Shown: positions 1 through 10,570, numbered from the whole stretch's first letter. The stretch is 62,836 bases of DNA, filler included, from Globobulimina sp. (GCA_003354225.1; 46 parts of 46 records of this genome joined end to end with filler, not necessarily neighbours in it), one strand, 5' to 3'. Notes: a model not told the origin generated them from the letters alone. A program made the numbers and translations.

Positions 1-650
1 GACACTGATTTCATTGTACCGTTACATTTCCAGTTACCACCAATAAAATATTTACGAGTCGCAGCTGCTTTTTCTTCTTGTTTTTCGTCGCCTTGTCCGG
101 TATATTGTAATTTCTGTAACATATTGGACGAAAATAAAGCAATGATATCCTCGATACCTCCGAGCGGTGTGTTATATTCATTTGTATCCATATCATTTAC
201 TAAATTAATGGACGTATCCACATCATCTGGGAATAAATCGGTGATCATACTTATAGCGACAATATAATTTGTTGCTTGCGAGAATGGCAATTTCTTCGCT
301 AATTCGTTGACTGCACTGGACATTGAACGGTGAGTGGAAACCATGTTTGATATTTTATTGATGTTAATAATGGGAGCTGGATCTGAATTGATTGGCATAA
401 TTGGATAATTGCCGGAACTGTTCATATTAAGCGGTACTTGGTAATAATTTTGTGCCTGAATGGGAGTGATGTCATAGTTACCGATGTTATTTAAAATGAG
501 TGGAATGTCATGTGTTTCAGTGCGCGCATCATAATAAGACAGAATTCTTCCAATCATTGCTCCTTTCGTTCCCTCGCCAGATATTTTTAACGAATGACAT
601 CTCTGTTTGAGTTTCGGTCTACTAAATAGCAACAAGTCATGTTCATTCAT
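1..650 (-). CDS. TPI: Triosephosphate isomerase N-terminus preceded in frame by a ~197-aa extension with a SAP-like domain (3'-partial)
   Basis: Manual translation is stop-free from ATG at 650 to the contig edge: MNEHDLLLFSRPKLKQRCHSLKISGEGTKGAMIGRILSYY...DEKQEEKAAATRKYFIGGNWKCNGTMKSV. RKYFIGGNWKCNG is the TPI beta-1 signature with the catalytic Lys. Confidence 0.8.
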   Translation of the reverse strand, partial: MNEHDLLLFSRPKLKQRCHSLKISGEGTKGAMIGRILSYYDARTETHDIPLILNNIGNYDITPIQAQNYYQVPLNMNSSGNYPIMPINSDPAPIININKISNMVSTHRSMSSAVNELAKKLPFSQATNYIVAISMITDLFPDDVDTSINLVNDMDTNEYNTPLGGIEDIIALFSSNMLQKLQYTGQGDEKQEEKAAATRKYFIGGNWKCNGTMKSV

Positions 651-1269
651 TGCTGAAATTGATGTAGTAATCACAAGAAATTGATGTGGTCTTTTTTTGA
701 TGAAAATGAATTTGAAAACTGCTTAGCTGCAAGTTGTTGTACACTCAGTTTAATGCAAGCCTTACAGAAATCGTCCAATGGGAATTATATAATGTGTTGT
801 TTTTCTTTAAGCCAAATGGAAATCCATCCAATCGTAGCAATATATGGTTTATTATGGTATTTAAACTCCCTCTACGGCGTAATACTAATGATTGTTGAAT
901 CCAAAAATGTATGCTTTTATGAATGGTGTCCAGTGTGTATTGTAAATGCAACTGTGCCAATTGTATGGTTAATCATTATCACAATGGTCGATTCGTGTTG
1001 TATTAAATATTGGTCCCTTAAGAAATGGCATAGAATGCATTATGGCGCTGCATTCTTATATTTTGTATGTTTTTATTACTATTTTGCTCCAGCAACAATA
1101 TATATATACAAAACCAAACTAATTTAAGGCAATATTTACAAATCAATTATTTATATTTGGTACCTTATGTTTTTATGGATTTGTAGTATGGCATACAATG
1201 ACACGCTCAGCCTGTCAAATATCAACGCATTTATATTATGGATTCATTTTAGTAGTGATAACATCGACA

Positions 1270-1369
1270 NNNNNNNNNNNNNNNNNNNNNNNNNNNNNNN
1301 NNNNNNNNNNNNNTTAATTAATTAANNNNNNNNNNNNNNNNNNNNNNNNNNNNNNNNNNNNNNNNNNNN
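1270..1369. other. Artificial contig linker N44-TTAATTAATTAA-N44 (first of 45 identical linkers)
   Basis: Identical 100-nt spacer recurs every 1367-1369 bp. The 12-mer has stops in all six frames. Contigs are sorted by decreasing length (1269/1268/1267). Confidence 0.99.
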
Positions 1370-1372
1370 AAA

Positions 1373-2494
1373 ATGACCGGCGAACCACTGGGTACAGTAG
1401 GTGAAGTACATACAGAAGTTGAGAGTGTCAATAACAATAGGAGGTGTAAAATTATCGGTAACCAACCTGTATGGGTACCCAAACCGCCCGCATCCCAATC
1501 AACTATGTTTGGTGATCGATCTGAGCCCCAAGAGTCAGTTGAAGTGGCCACCAATGAAATTCGGGTGACCAATAAACTTGTTTCTCCTGTACCTGAACGA
1601 TATACAGTCCGGCCAAATCGATTGGATGCTGAGACAATGAATGCAGTTGTATTGACTGTTGTGCCTGAAAGGAAGGTAGACCCCGACTTAGTTATTTTAT
1701 TACAACCTATGGAAGTAGCCATTTGTTTAGTAAAGGAATACATTAAAAAATGTAGATTGGCAGCATTGATTGACACTGGTTCTAGATTCAGCATTGCACA
1801 AGTGTCCGGTTTGAAATTTCTTGGTATTTGTTTGTCTAAAATTCGTGATTGTCATCATACAGTAATGTCTGGTTTTGGGGGTAACATAAATATTATGGGT
1901 AAAATTTTGGTGTCTTTTGCCATTGGTGACTTCACATTTGAACAAACAGTACACATTGTACCTGATGACCCTCGACTACCATTGGTCATTTTTGGAGTGG
2001 ATTGGTTGCAAGCTCACTGCGTTCAAATCAATTTTGTAGATGCAACAATGTCATTATATGGGCAACAATATCTATTGGGAAAACCCCGTGCTAATTGTAC
2101 TGCAGATAGTTTCGCAGCTGCATGGCCAGAGATGCCAGGATTACAACAGAATGTTACAGAAAGTGAAGACGAATCTGATCAAACATTGGGCAAAATGCTT
2201 GTAGCAGTAGCTGAACCGGAGGTACCAATAGCCGGTAATCATATGATCAACATGGAAACACTGCTGAGAGACAATAGAAGATGTGTTGCACCGGAAGTGA
2301 GACCAACAGCGGATGTAACCAAAGGACCTTCAGTTGAAGAAACCATGGGGCAAGTAGATGCAGAATTTTCCCGTAGAGCACAAAATCGACAAAATGTTTA
2401 CAGGCAACAATCACAACGTGGACGCGGAGGACATAGAGGACGTGGTTCAGCTCATAATCCACGACAGTATGGCGATTGTACATCACAATATTGA
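1373..2494 (+). mobile_element. Retropepsin-like aspartic protease ORF (retroelement-derived), RG-rich C-terminus
   Basis: ALIDTGSRFS catalytic motif, GFGG flap and VIFGVDWLQ motif of Ty3/gypsy-type retropepsins. No RT follows before the stop. Confidence 0.75.
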
Positions 2495-2739
2495 TCCGTA
2501 TTCTAATTTTACTTTTATTTTTTATTTTTAAATTAATTTTTAGCAATTTGTATTATTTTTAATTAAATAAAGTATGTCTATGTCTATGTTTTTTCTTTTT
2601 ACCTACGTTTTCTTTTTCTTTTTTGTATTTATGTTCCGNNNNNNNNNNNNNNNNNNNNNNNNNNNNNNNNNNNNNNNNNNNNTTAATTAATTAANNNNNN
2701 NNNNNNNNNNNNNNNNNNNNNNNNNNNNNNNNNNNNNNA

Positions 2740-4007
2740 ACATACTGCACTCAATATGTCAGGCTATGCGACTATTTACGTAACCAATATACAGACGAAG
2801 ATATAGCAAAAGCTTTCAGAAAAATGATAATTATTCATACAAATGATATATTTCACAAACATCAAAAGCATTTAAATTCCACTATTCCTCAACAACCAGC
2901 TGCAGTGCCCATGAATGACATGATTGCAACCTCTCAAATCTACGAAAAGAGGAAGGAACATTTTTTTGCTGTTTTGATATTAATTGCAGAGTTATTTAAT
3001 TTTAACCTGATTCACGAAAATATACTCTATATAGGCATTTTTGGACGATTATTACCACCAAACAATAAGAACTTGTCCAGTGTGGATGTCGAAGGGTTAT
3101 GTCATATGTTTATGCGATGTGGCAAGAAATTAGAGAGCGAAAGTCAGAGAAATTTAGATAAATATCTAGAAAAAACAACATTTCATGCACGTGTACAAAA
3201 ATTTGATTTTCGAACCCAAGCACTGGTCAATCAAGCAAATGCGATGAGGAACAATCACTGGCTCCAACCAGATGACACTGTGGATATCGCACGAATGTTT
3301 GAGAGGAAATTGCAACTTCGAGAAATATTTTATACGACAAAATCTTTTTTAATATGGGATAAGTCCGCCACATATACACGGAAACAAGCTGTAAATGTAT
3401 TGCCTGATCAGCAAAATATACAGGAAATAATTGATGAACCACAATGTGTGCCATCTGCTGAAATACCGCATGTAGGCTCAGGAGTAGCAGAGCATAAAAA
3501 TGCAGATGAAGTGGCTTCCGCTGCTCCTCCGTCTGTGCCCTCGTATGGTTTCATACCGCACGTTGCCGTTCCCGTTAACGCCACTGATGAAGGAAAGGAA
3601 AGTCGACGTCAGCCTGTCATTTCTGAGCATGATTCGAGATTAAATGTGCTGTTTACCAATTTTATTGAAATAGATTCTCGATTTAAAGCTATGACGCAAC
3701 ACGTAACCACAGCGATAACCACCGTAGAACGCACAGTCAACAATGATATGAAAGGTTTTAATCAGCAATTTATGTCAACAAATGCCACCATCACCAATGT
3801 ATACAAACAAATGACACAACAAATACAAATATTATCAAATAAATTGACTCAAACGGCCGTAACTCAACAGCATACTCAACAAAGTTTGGCACATTTACGG
3901 CAGCAAATTGCGGCACATTTACAACAGCATTCACAGCAACAGAGTACAAAAGACAATCAAATTAAGAAATTATTGCAACACATCAATGAACAAAAAAGCA
4001 ATGATGC
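2740..4007 (+). CDS. MIF4G (eIF4G-like) domain protein with Gln-rich coiled coil, partial at both ends
   Basis: YCTQYVRLCDYL...FRKMII, LIAELFNFNLI, DVEGLCHMFMRCGKKLE and FRTQALVNQANAMRNNHW resemble the MIF4G HEAT helices. The frame is open back to the contig start. Confidence 0.7.
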
Positions 4008-4109
4008 NNNNNNNNNNNNNNNNNNNNNNNNNNNNNNNNNNNNNNNNNNNNTTAATTAATTAANNNNNNNNNNNNNNNNNNNNNNNNNNNNNNNNNNNNN
4101 NNNNNNNTT

Positions 4110-4630
4110 TGTGCAGAATGGTTTTGGGGTTCTCTGCCAACGTTGAGTACCATGAAATGTATATGTATTCCAGTCACAACACATATATATGTGCAGATGG
4201 CTGTTGTATGATGATAATATTCAAATGAGATGGAACAACACTGCATGGGAAGCTCATATGAAAACATTCATGCAATAAATTGTAAGAGTCGCCACTCCAT
4301 ATTTGTCACGAAATGGTGGCCCAATTATTTTAGCTCAGATTGAGAATGAATACAAACAAAATTTAAATCCAGAGTATATTAATTGATGTGGCAATCTTAC
4401 AACGGAATTAGACATTGGAATACCGTGGGTTATGTGTAACGGTGCAAGTGCTGCTCAGACAATAAATACTTGCAATGGTAACGATTGTTACAATAAATAT
4501 GCTAAATCACACAGTTCAAATTATCCTGGGCAGCCTTTGGTACTGTTTTATTGCATTTATCTGTAATGTTGAAGAGAATGTTTGTTGTCAGAATAGGGGT
4601 GGACGGAGAATGAGGGCTGGTATAATTATT
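4110..4630 (+). pseudogene. GH35 beta-galactosidase pseudogene fragment
   Basis: Spliced translation CAEWFWGSLPTWL...MQ*IVRVATPYLSRNGGPIILAQIENEY...YIN*CG...IPWVMCNG...INTCNG...PLGWTENEGWY. In-frame TAA at 4276 and TGA at 4384, with two short GT-AG introns. Similarity ends about 4630. Confidence 0.85.
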
Positions 4631-4989
4631 GTTATTAGTTTTTAGAGGCCAATATCGCAATAGCAGTGAATCTGGCCAGAATTTGTAAAGTTTGCTATTT
4701 TTTTTTATATCCAAAATAGCAACACTCTCAGAAAATGTAACACAACCACATAATTAATATAACACAAACACAGTTTTCAGATTGTATTTTCATGTGTGAG
4801 ACATATTTTTGTTTACCTTTTCGCAAATGCAATCTGAAATCTGGATAAACACATAAATCACATACTATATTCGGCATAAGATAAAGACGTAATACCAATG
4901 AATACGTTTGCAATAATACAACCTTAATAAATACGTTTGGATGGTAATACATTCACAATATCGAATAAATGCGTTTGCGCAATAATAAT

Positions 4990-5151
4990 ATAATTGCCAT
5001 TGAATAAACGAATAATTGCCATTGAATAAATGAATGATTGCCGTTGAATAAACGAATAATTGCCATTGAATAAATGAATAATTGCCATTGAATAAATGAA
5101 TAATTGCCGTTGAATAAACGAATAATTGCCATTGAATAAATGAATAATTGC
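4990..5151. repeat. 22-bp minisatellite, ~7.4 copies (AATAATTGCCRTTGAATAAAYG)
   Basis: Units start at about 4990, 5011, 5033, 5055, 5077, 5099, 5121 and 5143 (partial). Confidence 0.95.
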
Positions 5152-5476
5152 GATCGAACAATTGACATCTGGGTAATTGCCCAATATGAACGAGCTAGAA
5201 TCAAATGGCTGACGCGATGCGATGTTTTGTTTTGTTTGTGTGACTGTGTCATTGTGTCCACTGTCACCGCAAACATCTGCCCTACATTCTCCAAACTAGG
5301 ATCAAACACCACAGCTGAATTGGCAAAATTTGGATCAAAATTGGTAATGCCTCCAATCTGTGAATATCTTGGATAGNNNNNNNNNNNNNNNNNNNNNNNN
5401 NNNNNNNNNNNNNNNNNNNNTTAATTAATTAANNNNNNNNNNNNNNNNNNNNNNNNNNNNNNNNNNNNNNNNNNNN

Positions 5477-6745
5477 TTATCATTCAACTCAAATGTGTCA
5501 CTTTCAAATGGATTCCGGTCATCCTCCCGATGACATACATACAAACCCGTCGTCTCCAAGGCGCCCGACGACAGAGTTGCAGCCAAAGCAGCACTGCGAT
5601 TTACAATCAACCGACATAATTTCGCAAATATCTCCGCGTCGGATAAGTTAAACGCAATCAATCCGCATTTGTCCGACTGTAATATATCCAAAATGCCCTG
5701 CATATCACCATCATAATAATGGCGTAACACTGCACTCACACTTCTGGACTCAAACTGCCATTGAAAATTCAAACAAGTGTTCTCCGCATAATTTGTGATC
5801 TGTTCCCTAAACACTTCAATGCTTAACAACCGCACCAATTCTCCCAAATAATGGCCAGAGATCATCTTCTCTGCATATTGCAGCCCCGGATTCGGCGTAC
5901 ATTCATCCATAATAAAATCCGTCGGCATTCTGGGCAATAATTTGTGAAAATTGCCCCATTCGATATTAATAATCTCGCCACCGTCGATATTGCTGCTATC
6001 CTTCGCATCGTCAGGAATTATGGGTGGATTTGGTTCAATATATCCTGTACCATACAAACAAATGTTTGAAAAGGTACTGTACCGTACAAACACATGTACA
6101 AATACCTGCGTTCGAGCCAGTGCCTAATATTAAGCCAACGCGCACATTCCTGTGTTCATAGGCACATGCTAGCAATGTCCCAGTTGAGTCATTGCAAAGT
6201 GCGTGGATCTCTGCATTGATGTTGTGTTTATTAAAGGTCGTATGCATCAAAGCTACGATGTCTTTGCCGACCACGTCAGGGAGGTCAAAGCCTTTGGTCC
6301 ATTCGATTAATACGCCGTGGTTTAAGGCGGACTGTGCCATTGGAAAAGAAAAGGTAAGTCCCACTGCGACGGTGTGTTTGCTGCTATCCACGCCATCTGA
6401 CAACAATTTCGCATTTAATGATTGCGCCAAATGATCAAATAAAGGCTCCGAAGTGTCAGAGGTTTGATAGTTTGACGGAATCGCTGCCTTAAACTCTGAT
6501 ATTTTTGGTACTGAACCTTTTTTGCCAGAAAGTTCTACCCGTAATATACGGTAATTTGTACCGCCCCAATCGATGGTATAGAAGACGCCTTTTTCGGTGC
6601 CATTGGGTATGGAGCGTATGTGGGAGGATAGCATTTTTAATGAGGATTTTTTCGCACTTTGAAGTAAATGGTCATCTTCGCTTAAGCCAACAGTCATTTC
6701 TTTCACAAATTCTTTCCGTATTTTTCGTAACACTTTAATTGGTAT
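5477..6745 (-). CDS. HXK: Hexokinase (partial), intron 6045-6105
   Basis: SSLKMLSS, IDWGGTNYR, GLTFSFP, WTKGFD, CNDSTGTL, LILGTGSNA|GYIEP, INIEWGNF and EKMISGHYLGE. A 61-nt GT-AG intron joins the two ORFs in frame. Confidence 0.95.
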
Positions 6746-7090
6746 NNNNNNNNNNNNNNNNNNNNNNNNNNNNNNNNNNNNNNNNNNNNTTAATTAATTA
6801 ANNNNNNNNNNNNNNNNNNNNNNNNNNNNNNNNNNNNNNNNNNNNGATACAACTAATTTTACACTCTGATTTATTTCCTTCTAAATTGAGGACAACTTGT
6901 TTTTAGAAAATTAGAATTATGATAATTGTTGTCAATTTTATCATTATTATTTTATTTTTAGAATTATGATACTTATTATTTCATTTTTAGATCCTCATCC
7001 TTTCACCTTTCTAACTCTTTCTATCTGTCTTTAACCAAACTCTACAACCAATCTGTGTATACCAGGAATCGATTAATTTAGAATTTTCAA

Positions 7091-7813
7091 TTGTCAAACT
7101 ATATAATGGGTGCGTATCAATCACACAGATTATTCCTCACATTTGTAACATTAAGTGTTGTTGTGTCCTTCCATTTAGGGCAATGGTTCAGAGGAGATTT
7201 ATTTTGGTCCATACCAAATGGAATTGACTGTACGGTGTTAGTAACAGTCACAGTACAAAGTATTGTTGGATCAATTGTCGATTTTATTGTTGATGACAGA
7301 CCAGAGAAACATTTAAAATTCTTGGCAATGTTTTGTGTTGTTTTACACTTTACTTTTGGTGTTTATTTGGGTTCATTTCACAATGTATATTTGAGGCTGC
7401 ATGATTTATTACTAATCTCTCAAACAGTATTTGGTGGGAAGATTGATGATAAAATGTGGGTATTTGTATTTGCGTTGCAATCTATATTCGTCGGATATTA
7501 TGAATGGATAAATAATTTCGATGCTATAAAATTAATCTTTTACGGATCAAATTGGTTGATAAATCTTTCAATGCTATCATTTCTTATTTCAGTCAATACA
7601 ATATATGAAAGAATCAGTGAGTACAATAAACAATTCAGTTGGGGCATATACGTTTTAAACGGCATTATATGTTTTAATAAATTGCCGTTATATCAGGTAG
7701 TGTATTGTTACAGCACATCTTGTTACAATCTGATCAAAGTCATTTTGCATCCATTTAGACACAAACTGGGAACTGGTAATCTTAGCAGCAAATTAAAAAA
7801 AAAAAACTTTTAA
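7091..7813 (+). CDS. Hypothetical multi-pass membrane protein
   Basis: 240-codon ORF with several hydrophobic segments. No recognised motif. Confidence 0.35.
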   Translation: MSNYIMGAYQSHRLFLTFVTLSVVVSFHLGQWFRGDLFWSIPNGIDCTVLVTVTVQSIVGSIVDFIVDDRPEKHLKFLAMFCVVLHFTFGVYLGSFHNVYLRLHDLLLISQTVFGGKIDDKMWVFVFALQSIFVGYYEWINNFDAIKLIFYGSNWLINLSMLSFLISVNTIYERISEYNKQFSWGIYVLNGIICFNKLPLYQVVYCYSTSCYNLIKVILHPFRHKLGTGNLSSKLKKKNF

Positions 7814-8214
7814 ACAAGTCAATGAGATTTGTTTTAGAGTAATTTGGGTGCGCTGAACAAGAATATGACATTGATTTTAAAATTTAATTTTTCATACAAT
7901 CACATTTCATGCCATTTTACAAAAAATTTTGTCCGAAATCTTTCCAATACACATGATTTGATTGTGGGGGTATAATCTCCATAAATTTAGTGCTAAGTGG
8001 AAACTAACTGCTAACAATTGAAATTCTGTAAGTAAAATATGTACAAAAATGTGATGTAGTAGTGGGGGGAACATTCAGCCAGGATCTAAGTCTGGCTCCA
8101 TGCTCACCGATTGCNNNNNNNNNNNNNNNNNNNNNNNNNNNNNNNNNNNNNNNNNNNNTTAATTAATTAANNNNNNNNNNNNNNNNNNNNNNNNNNNNNN
8201 NNNNNNNNNNNNNN

Positions 8215-8715
8215 GTGAATATTGCAGTGGCGCGGATATTTAATACGTATGGACCCCGAATGTTGGAGAATGATGGCCGCGTTGTGAGTAATTTTATAAT
8301 TCAAGCGTTGAAAGGAAAGAAGTTAACCATTTATGGCGATGGTTCGCAGACACGTTCGTTTTGTTACATTGATGACCAAATCCAGGGATTGGTTTCTTTG
8401 ATGGAGTCCGGAGAAACTGGACCAATAAATATTGGAAATCCAGTGGAATATACGATAGCCGCCTTGGCAGAGATAACGTGCAAATTAGTGAATAAGAAAT
8501 TAAATAGCAATCACACTGATTTTGAATATAAAGAGTTGCCATCGGATGATCCAAAGAAAAGGAATCCGGACATTAGCAAAGCAAAGAAATTGTTGAATTG
8601 GAATCCAACGGTTGGGCTGGAACCTGGTTTGGAAGCGACGATTGATTATTTTATCGATTATTTAGGCTTGAAAAAGAATGATGATGTGGATGAGGAACAA
8701 GAAGTCAATGTGTAA
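8215..8715 (+). CDS. UXS1: UDP-glucuronate decarboxylase (UDP-xylose synthase), C-terminal part
   Basis: VARIFNTYGPRM, DGRVVSNFIIQAL, GDGSQTRSFCY, PINIGNP and DDPKKRNPDI. Confidence 0.93.
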   Translation: MNIAVARIFNTYGPRMLENDGRVVSNFIIQALKGKKLTIYGDGSQTRSFCYIDDQIQGLVSLMESGETGPINIGNPVEYTIAALAEITCKLVNKKLNSNHTDFEYKELPSDDPKKRNPDISKAKKLLNWNPTVGLEPGLEATIDYFIDYLGLKKNDDVDEEQEVNV

Positions 8716-9094
8716 TGCAAATGATTTGTTGTAAACAGAAATAAACTTTTAATTAGTAAATAGTACGTTGTAGTCATCCACACAAAATGAAATATGATCA
8801 ACATTTGATTTGTATTAAGACAAAGTCCGTCCATAATATTTTGATCATACGGTGATATCATACATTATAAAAGTACCTCTCACGAGTCTCATCCGATACA
8901 CCCTGTAACCACAAACCAAAACAGACTGTCTTTTTTCATCATAGTTTTAGAAAAATATATTTCCCATAAAAATATTTGCTGACTTTGGAAGTATAAAAGT
9001 TTACAAAGTATCGGCATTTTGTTTACTCTCGACATGGATTTTTGTGTTGTTGGGTTGATTTATACAGTCGGTAGAACCCCAAGGTTATACACAC

Positions 9095-9200
9095 ACTGCA
9101 GTCACAACTATTGAGCTAATTTATTGTGGTGAGCGATTAACTCCAAAAGTTGAAGTCCGATCACCACAATGAAAATTAGCTCAATAGTTGTGACTGCAGT
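9095..9200. repeat. 106-bp fold-back inverted repeat (MITE-like or hairpin RNA)
   Basis: 28-bp perfect arms ACTGCAGTCACAACTATTGAGCTAATTT plus a further 10 bp after a 2-nt bulge. Confidence 0.9.
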
Positions 9201-9883
9201 AACCAGGGCCAAATCGTTATCGACGTGCAGTGCAACAGCAAAAGTTGAAATCTCATCTGACACCACAAAAAATTAAATATAAATAAAACCGCAAACAAAA
9301 TAATTAGAAATCAGAATATTCATCGTTATTATTCTTTTCATGGTTGTTGTCAACAGTAACACTCGCATTTAATTCATTTTGTTTTTGTTCCAACATTTCA
9401 AGTGCCTTTTCTGTCTCCGATAAATCGTCATCCTTTTCATTATCATCCATATTGATATTGTTCATATTTTCTGTCATTTCTGCNNNNNNNNNNNNNNNNN
9501 NNNNNNNNNNNNNNNNNNNNNNNNNNNTTAATTAATTAANNNNNNNNNNNNNNNNNNNNNNNNNNNNNNNNNNNNNNNNNNNNATCGACATTTTAATATT
9601 ATTTTATTTGTGGCAATGAATATCTACGAACAGAGCATCGGATTTAATTTAAGCAACGCCGACGTGGTAATGCACAGATACAGCAACACCAAAAAATGAT
9701 ATTTGAATACATTATTTGGTGGCAATCCATAGCCAGATGAGTATGATGGCGGTCTGAATGGCCAAAAAAAATGGCCATCATAAAAACAAAAAACGAAAAA
9801 CGCATATATTTGAGTTGCAATCCACAGCCACAGGCAAGAAACACAAACATATATTAATATTTAATTAAAACATCCAATTTTTT

Positions 9884-9952
9884 GTGATGATGCTTAACGA
9901 GATCGAGCATATCTTATTAAAGATAATTTGGGTTCAAATCCCAATCATCACA
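9884..9952 (+). ncRNA. tRNA-like cloverleaf with non-canonical anticodon arm
   Basis: Acceptor GTGATGA/TCATCAC+A, D-stem GCTT/GAGC, stem TATCT/AGATA with 6-nt loop, T-arm TTGGG-TTCAAAT-CCCAA, followed by a T9 run. Confidence 0.65.
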
Positions 9953-10362
9953 TTTTTTTTTGTTTGTTTTGATGCAGGTGCTTTGAGTGCAAGGATCTAT
10001 ACAACCGGTAAACAAACTGAAAATATAAAAAAGTGACAAAAATGAATCTGCTTCAGTTTAAATATGCATAGCGAATGCAAGCTGTTTGATAAGTTTGCGG
10101 AAAAAAATGAAAAAACTTTTTGAACAGAAAAAAATTTGCAGCATTATCAAAGAGGCCTATTAATATGACAGTAAATATCGATATTAATGCGGCCAATCAT
10201 GAATTTACAGTGGTAGTAGGCACTTATTTGGTTTGTTGGTTCGCCAACCAATTAAAGTTTGATATCAATAGAGTTCGAATGCAGCCAACGCGGAAACGGG
10301 TCAGGCATAAGGTTGGTGGCTGCCAATCTGGCAGCCGTTTAAAGGCGCATGCAGGCAACGCG

Positions 10363-10550
10363 GCACCAGAGTAGTGGTTAAATTCTCCATAGCCAAAACA
10401 AAGTTTAACTTTTTTTTGAAATTATTTGCTGCCACTCAGGTAGTGGTTAGGCGAACGCAGTCAACACAGCACCAGAGTAGTGGTTAAATACTACATGTTT
10501 TTTAATTTAAAGTATTTGAGAGACGGTGGCCGGAGGGAACGTAGTGCTAA
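10363..10550 (+). repeat. Iterated GTAGTGGTTA motif (4 copies; 21-bp exact direct repeat at 10363-10383 and 10469-10489)
   Basis: Core at 10371, 10440, 10477 and variant GTAGTGCTAA at 10541, directly upstream of the ORF at 10571. Confidence 0.85.
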
Positions 10551-10570
10551 ATATGCATTAAACACTGTTT

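Noticed and set aside
681..1127. 148-aa plus-strand ORF
   Set aside because: No motif and it lies in the AT-rich region upstream of the TPI-fusion frame. Likely spurious.
4276..4386. Stop-codon reassignment (TGA=Trp, TAA=sense)
   Set aside because: The same fragment uses TGG for other Trp and has two different stops. Other contigs use TAA/TGA as normal terminators with long clean frames.
4865..5312. Overlapping repetitive ORFs
   Set aside because: By-products of the stop-free strand of the 22-bp minisatellite.
8055..8114. Purine tract plus small hairpin as an LTR/PPT boundary
   Set aside because: Too short and cut by the contig end, with no supporting element features.
9909..9926. Ochre suppressor tRNA (TTA in loop)
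   Set aside because: The loop is 6 nt and TTA is not positioned after a U33 in a 7-nt loop, so no anticodon can be assigned.
10278..10325. SRP RNA helix 8 (CGGAAACG...CAGG)
   Set aside because: The conserved CAGG...GNRA...AGCA order is not present.
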